The position numbers and the translations under genes were made by a program. Source: an uncultured Oscillibacter sp. (GTDB taxonomy: Bacteria; Bacillota; Clostridia; Oscillospirales; Oscillospiraceae). Taken from it: a stretch of 64,000 nt of DNA. Location of the stretch: contig CAQXTN010000004.1 of the NCBI GenBank assembly GCA_948916585.1, positions 2 to 64,001 of the forward strand, in the 5' to 3' direction. Below the pieces are notes generated by a model, which saw only the letters and a program-made list of their open reading frames with translations, made no database searches and was not told the DNA's origin. The stretch's first letter is position 1. Each line of letters begins with the position of its first letter. Positions 57,075 through 64,000 of the stretch are shown in pieces.

Positions 57075-58457
57075 TCAATCCAGTCCGGGGACCTGGGGCA
57101 GCTTGTCAAAGCTGGCTTGGAGCTCTTCATCTGTGGGGATATAGTCCGACATCTCCCCGTTGTGGAATTTCTCATAGGCCGTCATGTCGAAATACCCGGT
57201 GCCGGTGAGGCCGAAGACGATGGTCTTTTTCTCCCCGGTCTCCTTGCATTTCAGGGCCTCGTCCATCGCCGCCCGGATGGCGTGGCTGGACTCCGGGGCG
57301 GGGAGGATGCCCTCCACCCGGGCGAAGAGCTCCGCCGCCTCAAAGACCTTCGTCTGCTCCACGGCCACGGCCTCTATCAGCCCGTCGTGGTACAGCTGGC
57401 TCAGGACGGGGCTCATGCCGTGGTACCGCAGGCCCCCGGCGTGGTTGGCGGAGGGGATGAAGCCGCTGCCCAGGGTGTACATCTTCGCCAGGGGGCAGAC
57501 CATGCCGGTGTCGCAGAAGTCGTAGGCGAATTTTCCCCGGGTGAGGCTGGGGCAGGAGGCGGGCTCCACGGCAAGGATGCGGTAGTCCCGCTCGCCCCGG
57601 AGCTTTTCCCCCATGAAGGGGGAGATCAGCCCGCCCAGGTTGCTGCCGCCCCCGGCGCAGCCGATGATGATGTCGGGAACCACGCCGTACTTGTCCAGGG
57701 CCGCCTTGGTCTCCAGGCCGATGACGGACTGGTGGAGCAGCACCTGGTTCAAAACGCTCCCCAGCACGTAGCGGTAGCCGGGTTTTTTCGCCGCCGCCTC
57801 CACCGCCTCGGAAATGGCGCAGCCCAGGGAGCCGGTGGTGCCGGGGTGCTCCTGGAGAATCTTCCGGCCGATTTCCGTCTCCATGGAGGGCGACGGGGTG
57901 ACGGAGGCGCCGTAGGTCCGCATGACCTCCCGGCGGAAGGGCTTTTGCTCGTAGCTGACCTTCACCATATAGACCTTGCAGTCCAGGCCCAGATAGGCGC
58001 AGGCCATGGAGAGGGCGGTGCCCCACTGGCCCGCTCCGGTCTCGGTGGTGACGCCCAGGAGGCCCTGCCGCTTGGCGTAGTAGGCCTGGGCGATGGCGGA
58101 ATTCAGCTTGTGGGAGCCGGAGGTGTTGTTGCCCTCGAACTTGTAGTAGATGTTCGCCGGGGTCTGGAGCTTTTCCTCCAGGCAGTAGGCCCGGACCAGA
58201 GGAGAGGGACGGTACATCTTGTAAAAGTCCCGAATCTCCCGGGGGATGGGGATTTCCGACGTGTTGTTGTCCAGCTCCTGGCGGATGAGCTCGTCGCAGA
58301 AGACGCCCCGCAGGTCCTCGAAGCCCATGGGGGCCCCGGTGCCGGGATTCAACAGGGGGGCGGGCTTGTGCTTCATGTCGGCCCGGACGTTGTACCAGGC
58401 GGCCGGCAGCTCCTGCTCGGAGAGATAGATCTTGTAGGGAATTTTTTCAAAGGTCAT
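57075..58457 (-). CDS. trpB2: TrpB2-type tryptophan synthase beta-like enzyme
   Basis: YRPSPLVRA, SGSHKLNSAIAQ, TETGAGQWG, HAGGLRYHG, PAPESSHA. Confidence 0.92.
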   Translation of the reverse strand: MTFEKIPYKIYLSEQELPAAWYNVRADMKHKPAPLLNPGTGAPMGFEDLRGVFCDELIRQELDNNTSEIPIPREIRDFYKMYRPSPLVRAYCLEEKLQTPANIYYKFEGNNTSGSHKLNSAIAQAYYAKRQGLLGVTTETGAGQWGTALSMACAYLGLDCKVYMVKVSYEQKPFRREVMRTYGASVTPSPSMETEIGRKILQEHPGTTGSLGCAISEAVEAAAKKPGYRYVLGSVLNQVLLHQSVIGLETKAALDKYGVVPDIIIGCAGGGSNLGGLISPFMGEKLRGERDYRILAVEPASCPSLTRGKFAYDFCDTGMVCPLAKMYTLGSGFIPSANHAGGLRYHGMSPVLSQLYHDGLIEAVAVEQTKVFEAAELFARVEGILPAPESSHAIRAAMDEALKCKETGEKKTIVFGLTGTGYFDMTAYEKFHNGEMSDYIPTDEELQASFDKLPQVPGLD

Positions 58458-58505
58458 GACGCTTGCTCCTTTCCGACATATGGTCTCTCCCGGAGGCGGA
58501 GCGTC

Positions 58506-58800
58506 AAAAAAAGACCTCCGTCCACGAAAGGACCCGTTACAGGTACCTTTGGGACAAAAGTCTTGAAACTTCTGCGGTGCCACCCAAATTGGCGGTATAA
58601 GAAAACCGCCCGCTCGGCGGCGCGCCAACACGCGCCTTTCCTTGGTAACGGGGGAAAAGCCCGTCGAGGCATACTTGGGAAACATCCCGTTCGGCCCGCC
58701 CTCAGCGGTCCATTCAACAGGCTTGCTTCTGCCGCCATCTCACCACCGGCGGCTCTCTTTGAGAACCAAGGCCCTGCCTACTCGTCCGCATCATCGGTTT
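58506..58800 (-). ncRNA. T-box riboswitch, Trp specifier
   Basis: AGAGA and GGTGGTGAGA stem I motifs; GAA-TGG-A specifier (58710-58712); AATTTGGGTGGCACCGCAG T-box (58572-58590); terminator with T-run. Confidence 0.92.
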
Positions 58801-58820
58801 GCGCTTTTGAACTTGGCCAC

Positions 58821-58850
58821 AGAATACGCCTTACGGGGCGGGTTTGTCAA
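58821..58850 (-). promoter_or_regulatory. sigmaA promoter of T-box/trpB2
   Basis: TTGACA-N18-TATTCT. Confidence 0.75.
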
Positions 58851-58939
58851 GCCCTAAAATTTATTTCGACAAATTTGACAATTTAAATGGGCGAAGCGGA
58901 CCAAAATTTCGTAAAAGCCGACTGAGAAACCGGCGGGAG

Positions 58940-58968
58940 GTATGATTTCCGCCCTCCCGGTCATGCTA
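58940..58968 (+). promoter_or_regulatory. Putative sigmaF/sigmaG promoter
   Basis: GTATG-N14-GGTCATGCTA. Confidence 0.55.
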
Positions 58969-58984
58969 ACGCCGAGGTGATTCC

Positions 58985-60310
58985 ATGGATTCCATTTGGA
59001 AGCGGACGGCGGAAACGCCCCGGTTTGACCCCCTGGACGGGGACTTGAAAACGGACGTGCTGATCGTAGGCGGCGGTCTGGCGGGGCTGCTGTGCGCCTA
59101 TTGGCTGAACCGGGCGGGGGTGGACTGCGCCCTGGTGGAGGCGGACCGGCTCTGCGGCGGCGTGACGGGGAACACCACCGCCAAGCTCACGATCCAGCAC
59201 GGCTTGATCTATGACAAGCTCCTGCGGGAGTTCGGGCTGGAAAAGGCCCGGCTGTACCTGGAGGCCAACCGGGAGGCCCTGGGGCGGTACCGGGAGCTCT
59301 GCCGGGACGGCGGCTGCGATTTTGAGGAGCGGGACAGCTATGTCTACGCCCTGTCGGACCGGCGGAAGCTGGAGCGGGAGCTGGAGGCCCTGGAGCGCCT
59401 GGGCTTTCCGGCGGAGCTTGTGGAAAGCCCGGCCCTGCCCATGCCCGCGGCGGGGGCGGTGAGATTCCCCAAACAGGCCCAGTTCCACCCCCTGAAATTT
59501 GCCGCCGCCATCGCCAAGGGGCTTCGGATTTACGAGCATACCAAGGTCCTGGAGCTGGGCCCCGGCACGGCGGCGACGAATCATGGGACGGTGACGGCGG
59601 AGAAGATCGTCATTGCCACCCACTTTCCCCTGCTGAACAAGCACGGAGGCTATTTTCTCAAGCTCTATCAGAGCCGTTCCTATGTCCTGGCCCTGGAGAA
59701 CGCCCGGGAGGCAGGGGGCATGTATGTGGACGAGGGGGAGAAGGGGCTGTCCTTCCGGGATTACAAGGGCTTCCTCCTCCTGGGCGGCGGCGGGCACCGG
59801 ACGGGGAAGAAGGGCGGCGGCTGGCGGGAGCTGGAGGATTTCGCGAAACGGCACTATCCCCAGGCGAAAATCGCCGCCCGCTGGGCTGCCCAGGACTGCA
59901 TGACCCTGGACGGCGTGCCCTATGCGGGGCGGTACGCCAAGGGGACGGAAGGGCTGTATGTGGCGGCGGGCTTCAACAAGTGGGGGATGACCTCCTCCAT
60001 GGCGGCGGCGGGGGTGCTGGCGGATTTGGTTCAGGGGAAGGAGAATCCCTATGCGGAGCTGTTCAGCCCCTCCCGGAGCTTGCTGCGGCCCCAGCTGGCG
60101 GCCAACGCCTGGGAGTCCGCCCTGGGGCTGCTGACCCCCACGGCCCCCCGGTGCCCCCATATGGGCTGCGCGCTGAAATACAATCCCCAGGAGCACAGCT
60201 GGGACTGCCCGTGTCATGGGTCCCGGTTTGGCGAGGACGGGCGGCTCATTGACAATCCGGCGACAGATGATAAAAAGAATTTGAAAGTAAACAGGGAGGA
60301 TGTTTCATGA
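58985..60310 (+). CDS. FAD-dependent oxidoreductase with C-terminal Rieske motif (YhfW-like)
   Basis: GGGLAG, GVTGNTTAKLT, GFNKWGMT, CPHMGC...WDCPCHGSRF. Confidence 0.9.
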   Translation: MDSIWKRTAETPRFDPLDGDLKTDVLIVGGGLAGLLCAYWLNRAGVDCALVEADRLCGGVTGNTTAKLTIQHGLIYDKLLREFGLEKARLYLEANREALGRYRELCRDGGCDFEERDSYVYALSDRRKLERELEALERLGFPAELVESPALPMPAAGAVRFPKQAQFHPLKFAAAIAKGLRIYEHTKVLELGPGTAATNHGTVTAEKIVIATHFPLLNKHGGYFLKLYQSRSYVLALENAREAGGMYVDEGEKGLSFRDYKGFLLLGGGGHRTGKKGGGWRELEDFAKRHYPQAKIAARWAAQDCMTLDGVPYAGRYAKGTEGLYVAAGFNKWGMTSSMAAAGVLADLVQGKENPYAELFSPSRSLLRPQLAANAWESALGLLTPTAPRCPHMGCALKYNPQEHSWDCPCHGSRFGEDGRLIDNPATDDKKNLKVNREDVS

Positions 60311-61254
60311 AAATCGACCACAGAAAAGCGGCGGTCATCGGCTGCGGCAACGTGGGGGCGTCCATCGCCTTCCGCTTTTTGCAGCAGGGCCTGTTTACCC
60401 GCCTGGTGCTGCTGGACGCCAACCGGGACAAGGCGGAGGGGGAGGCCATGGACCTTCGGGACGGCCTGCCCTACGGCGCGGCCATGGAGATTTCCGCCGG
60501 GGACTACGACGATCTGACGGACTGCGCCCTGGCGGTTATCACCGCCGGGGCGAACCAGAAGCCGGGGGAGACCCGGCTGGATCTCATCGGGAAGAACACG
60601 GAAATTCTCCGGTCCGTGCTGAAGGAGGTCACCGCCCGGAACTTCGGCGGGATTCTGCTGGTGGTGTCCAACCCGGTGGACGTGCTGACCTACGCGGCCT
60701 GGCGGCTTTCGGGCTATCCCCGGGAGCGGGTGATGGGCTCCGGGACGGTGCTGGACACGGGGCGCTTAAAGCAGCTGCTGGGGGCGGAGCTGGAGGTGGA
60801 CAGCCGGAACATCCACGCCTTCATCATCGGGGAGCACGGGGACAGCGAGCTGGCGGTGTGGAGCGAGGCCAACGTTTCCGGGCTGGACCTGGAGGACTTC
60901 TGCCGGGTCCGGGGGCAGACCCTGGGGGCGGAGAACCGGGAGCGGCTGTACCGGGAGGTCCGGGACAGCGCCTACCAGATTATTGAGCGGAAGGGGGCCA
61001 CGTACTATGGCATCGCCATGGCGGTGGGCCGCATCGCGGAGGCCATCGTGAAGGACGAGCGGGCGGTGCTGCCGGTGTCGGCGGTGCTAGACGGGCAGTA
61101 TGGGATGAATGGGCTGGCATTGAGCCTTCCGTCCATCGTGGGCCGGAAGGGCTTGCGGGAAATTCTGGAGATGCCGCTGAGCGGCGAGGAGCGGGCGGCG
61201 CTGGCGGCCTCGGCGGAGCAGATGCGGGAGGCCATTGGTACGCTGAGGCTGTAA
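60307..61254 (+). CDS. ldh: L-lactate dehydrogenase
   Basis: GCGNVG, GANQKPGETRLDL, SNPVD, GTVLDTGR, GEHGDS. Confidence 0.92.
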   Translation: MKIDHRKAAVIGCGNVGASIAFRFLQQGLFTRLVLLDANRDKAEGEAMDLRDGLPYGAAMEISAGDYDDLTDCALAVITAGANQKPGETRLDLIGKNTEILRSVLKEVTARNFGGILLVVSNPVDVLTYAAWRLSGYPRERVMGSGTVLDTGRLKQLLGAELEVDSRNIHAFIIGEHGDSELAVWSEANVSGLDLEDFCRVRGQTLGAENRERLYREVRDSAYQIIERKGATYYGIAMAVGRIAEAIVKDERAVLPVSAVLDGQYGMNGLALSLPSIVGRKGLREILEMPLSGEERAALAASAEQMREAIGTLRL

Positions 61255-61261
61255 TCGGAGA

Positions 61262-61291
61262 GGCACGCCGGCCGGAGAAGGCCGGCGTGCC
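61262..61291. terminator. Hairpin between convergent ldh and sigK 3' part
   Basis: GGCACGCCGGCC/GGCCGGCGTGCC 12-bp stem. Confidence 0.7.
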
Positions 61292-61298
61292 GTCGGGG

Positions 61299-61817
61299 CT
61301 ATTTGGCGGAGACTTTGGGGGCCGGGTTTTCCTGGAGGGCTTCCCGAAGCTTTTCCAGCGCCCGCTTTTCGATGCGGGATACATAGCTCCGGGAGATGCC
61401 GAAGGAGGAGGCAATCTCCCGCTGGGTCAGAGGTACGGTGCCTCCCAGGCCGTAGCGGAGTCGGACAATTTCCGCCTCCCGGGTGGTAAGGCGCTCCCGA
61501 ACCAGCTTGTGTAGCCGCAGGGCGTTGTCCCGGTCGTGGAGGTCCTCCAGCATGGTGTCGTCCACGCCCACAACGTCCATGAGCTGGAGGGCGTTTCCGT
61601 CCTTGTCGGTGTCGATGGAGTCGGAGAGGGAGACCTCCCCCTGGAGCTTCTTCTGGCCCCGGAAGTACATGAGGATTTCGTTTTCGATGCACCGGGCGGC
61701 GTAGGTGGCAAGACGGGCCCCCTTGGACGGGTCAAAGCTGGAAATGCCCTTGATGAGGCCGATGGTGCCGATGGAAATCAGGTCCTCCTGGTCGGCGCTT
61801 TGGGTGTAGTACTTTTT
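61299..61817 (-). CDS. sigK: 3' portion of interrupted sporulation sigma factor sigK
   Basis: KKYY...EDLISIGTIGLIKG...RLATYAARCIENEILMYFR...TQREIA..GISRSYVSRIEKRAL; N-terminus up to LRLVAHI is missing and replaced by recombinase DNA. Confidence 0.92.
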   Translation of the reverse strand, partial: KKYYTQSADQEDLISIGTIGLIKGISSFDPSKGARLATYAARCIENEILMYFRGQKKLQGEVSLSDSIDTDKDGNALQLMDVVGVDDTMLEDLHDRDNALRLHKLVRERLTTREAEIVRLRYGLGGTVPLTQREIASSFGISRSYVSRIEKRALEKLREALQENPAPKVSAK

Positions 61818-63445
61818 GGACGGGTGAAGCAAAGGGAGGGATTAGTCCGGTTCAAAGCGGCCTCCCACGGGCCGCCGAATTTCAGGTAGATGTCCAGTTG
61901 GATTTTCTCTTTTGTGCTGTTCCTTTTGACCACGATTTTGTCCAGGATCGTGGTCACCAGGGCGGAGCGGATGCCGTTTTGGAAGGTCAGCTCCCGCTCC
62001 AGGGCGGCGCGAATTTCCTCCAGGTGTACCGATGTCCGCTGCCCCTTTTCCGCCTCCGCCCGAAGGACTGCCAACCGTTCTTCCAGCGCTTGGGCCTGCT
62101 GATTGAAGCCGTCGTTGCGCTGTTTAAATTCCGCCATGGTGATGATACCCTCGATGCTCATCTCCAGCAGGCGGTCTTTTTTTGTCTGGAGGGAGGACAG
62201 GTCCTCCTTCATGCGCCGGATGTCCTGGGTGTAGTCGTGCTCGTCGGGGACGGCCTGGAGCACCGCCACCACCGCGTCAATGATGGACTGTTTGTTCTGC
62301 GCCAGTTGGTTGAAGATGCCGGCCATGATTTGGTCCAACTCCGCCGTCCTAAGCTGGGGCGCGGAACAGGCCGCGCGGCCCTTGTCCCGGTAGACCCGGC
62401 ATTGCCAGACTTCTTTGCTCCCCTGGGCGCTTTTCAGCACCTGCCGGTGAAAGCTGGTCCCGTGCTCCTCGCAGATGATCTTGCCGCTGTAGGGGTAGCG
62501 GTTGTGAAACGCTGCCCCGCTCTGATGCTGTTTCATCTGCTCACTCCGCCGCTTGTACAGGGTGTTGGCCCGGTCCCATAGCTCCTCTGATACAATAGCC
62601 GGAATGGATGGGTCCGGGTATAGGACCCATTCGTCCTCGTCCAGGAAGATTTTCCGCTTGCTGCGGTAGTCCACGGTTTGGGACTTGCCCGCGCAGTACC
62701 AGCCCTTGTACTTGGGGTTACACAAAATATGCCGGATGGTCAGGACGTTGAAGGGCCCGCCCTTGCGGCTGGTGAAGCCCTCGTCGTACAGCGTTTGAGA
62801 GATGCGGCGGATGCCTATTTGCTGATTGGCATAGAGCTCAAAAATTTTTCGCACCACCTGAGCCTCCGCCTCGTTGATGGTCAGCACGCAGTCCTTTTTG
62901 TCGTAGCCCCACAGCTTGTCGTTGCCCAGCACATGCCCATTTTTGATGGCCTGCCGGAAGCCGAATTTCAGCCGTTCTGAGAGCTTCCGCACCTCGTCCT
63001 GGGCCACCCCGGCCATAACCACCAGGCGGAACTCGCTGTCGGAGTCCAGGGTGTTGATGTTGTCGTTTTGGAACAGCACCCCCACATCGTGCTCCAGCAG
63101 CTCCTGGGTGTATTGAATGCTGTCCAGGGTGGAACGGGAAAAGCGGGAGATCTCCTTCGTGATGATGAAGTCGAAGCGCCCGGCCTTGGCGTCCGCTATC
63201 ATCCGTAGGAAGCTGTCCCGCTTTTTGGTGCTGGTGCCGGAAATACCCTCGTCCACATAGCCGGGGACGTAGGTCCAGTTCCGTTTTTCCTGAATGAACT
63301 GAGTGTAATACTGCACCTGGTTTTCCAGGCTGCCCCGCTGTTCGTCCTTGTCGGTGGAGACCCTGGCGTAGAAGGTCACCCGCAACGGCAGGTCGAAGAT
63401 GGTTTTCCCGCTGCGCATCTCATTGCGTATCCTGAGTACATTCAC
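61778..63445 (-). CDS. Large serine recombinase (SpoIVCA/CisA-like)
   Basis: YARVST catalytic Ser, DEGISGT, KEISRFSR, recombinase domain, Zn-ribbon-like (CEEHG...WQC...C), coiled coil; AAGGAGGTG RBS. Confidence 0.95.
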   Translation of the reverse strand: MNVLRIRNEMRSGKTIFDLPLRVTFYARVSTDKDEQRGSLENQVQYYTQFIQEKRNWTYVPGYVDEGISGTSTKKRDSFLRMIADAKAGRFDFIITKEISRFSRSTLDSIQYTQELLEHDVGVLFQNDNINTLDSDSEFRLVVMAGVAQDEVRKLSERLKFGFRQAIKNGHVLGNDKLWGYDKKDCVLTINEAEAQVVRKIFELYANQQIGIRRISQTLYDEGFTSRKGGPFNVLTIRHILCNPKYKGWYCAGKSQTVDYRSKRKIFLDEDEWVLYPDPSIPAIVSEELWDRANTLYKRRSEQMKQHQSGAAFHNRYPYSGKIICEEHGTSFHRQVLKSAQGSKEVWQCRVYRDKGRAACSAPQLRTAELDQIMAGIFNQLAQNKQSIIDAVVAVLQAVPDEHDYTQDIRRMKEDLSSLQTKKDRLLEMSIEGIITMAEFKQRNDGFNQQAQALEERLAVLRAEAEKGQRTSVHLEEIRAALERELTFQNGIRSALVTTILDKIVVKRNSTKEKIQLDIYLKFGGPWEAALNRTNPSLCFTRPKSTTPKAPTRRT

Positions 63446-63614
63446 ATTGAGTCACCTCCTTTGTCAAGCACACAGGATACTGGAACAGCTCCGGGAAGTC
63501 TATCATAGAGTGTACCAAATCCACGGCTTTGGAATAGGTGAAATCGGATATGAGGCCAAGAGAGTGAATGTGGTCCAGCAGAACGCCGGCCAGTTCTCGC
63601 TGCGCGCTTTCCAA
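63420..63614 (-). CDS. Small protein overlapping recombinase start; candidate recombination directionality factor
   Basis: GAGGTG RBS, TTG start, 64 aa, overlaps the recombinase by 26 nt. Confidence 0.6.
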   Translation of the reverse strand: MESAQRELAGVLLDHIHSLGLISDFTYSKAVDLVHSMIDFPELFQYPVCLTKEVTQCECTQDTQ

Positions 63615-63651
63615 ATTGCATCACCTCGGTTCATAGATATGTTTGGAGAAT

Positions 63652-63685
63652 AAAAAAATACCGGACGGGCATGGTCCGTCCGGCA
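63652..63685 (-). terminator. Terminator upstream of the small gene/recombinase
   Basis: GCCGGACGG-N7-CCGTCCGGT then T-run on minus strand. Confidence 0.75.
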
Positions 63686-63696
63686 TTGGTGGAATC

Positions 63697-64000
63697 TTAC
63701 AAATTGGGCAGTTCGTTCGCCGGAGGCTGGCAGCTGTGCCCCTGGCAGACATAGAAAGTCGTCTTTCCATTTTTCAGCGGGTAATCTCCGTCCGGTTCCC
63801 GCAAAACCACAGCCGCCTCCGCCGAAAGCTCCAGAGGCAGACAGGCCGCCTTGGTCTTATCCGAACCAACCACCGTCACCTTGGGCGACGGGTCCCGGTA
63901 ATCCAAAAGCGCCAGCAGAAACATGGCGTGCCCGGTGGGATACTGCTTCGCGTCTGCCGCCAGAAAATCCAGCTGCTGTTCCGCCAGGAGACCATAATGC
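63697..64000 (-). CDS. C-terminus of YyaL/thioredoxin-domain (SPATA20-like) protein, partial
   Basis: ...YPTGHAMFLLAL...NGKTTFYVCQGHSCQPP resembles the YyaL C-terminus; frame continues beyond window. Confidence 0.7.
   Translation of the reverse strand, partial: HYGLLAEQQLDFLAADAKQYPTGHAMFLLALLDYRDPSPKVTVVGSDKTKAACLPLELSAEAAVVLREPDGDYPLKNGKTTFYVCQGHSCQPPANELPNL

Larger units (their letters stand above)
61818..64000 (-). mobile_element. skin-like sigK-intervening element (other end outside window)
   Basis: Serine recombinase abuts truncated sigK; junction near 61813-61820. Confidence 0.85.

Noticed and set aside
61299..61832. Complete sigma factor starting at TTG (MLHPSKKYY)
   Set aside because: No RBS and the first residues are recombinase DNA; it is the 3' half of a split gene
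1..64000. CRISPR arrays, tRNA/rRNA genes, transposases, reverse transcriptases
   Set aside because: None recognised by eye; the repeats present are dispersed, not regularly spaced arrays

Overview
GC-rich Firmicute chromosome segment; gene content and style point to a spore-forming gut Clostridia, probably Oscillospiraceae (inference). It is mostly housekeeping, transport and envelope genes: an S-layer-like protein, spoVAE, cdd, serA, mscS, a barnase/barstar pair, GH18-SLH, four ABC systems, recQ, pgsA-rimO, recX-recA, prmC, a two-component system, glycolipid GTs, rpmE, hflX, yigZ, sigV/rsiV-like genes, trpB2 with a Trp T-box, and ldh. The window ends inside a skin-like element: a large serine recombinase interrupting sigK. 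Four signals stand out. (1) A near-identical structured non-coding repeat occurs in three copies; two of them are part of the same cassette [small DUF6809-like gene <- operator/promoter -> XRE HTH -> repeat -> RBS of the next gene], wedged between recX and rimO and between hflX and yigZ. (2) An unannotated Phe/Tyr-rich leader peptide with antiterminator/terminator precedes an aromatic amino-acid-type ABC transporter. (3) The recombinase next to the split sigK takes its C-terminus from sigK DNA. (4) Three neighbouring membrane proteins, one a MerR regulator, share a C-terminal EIxxGExxxAxxY motif that twice also encodes the next gene's RBS and start codon. All calls come from reading the sequence; no searches were run.
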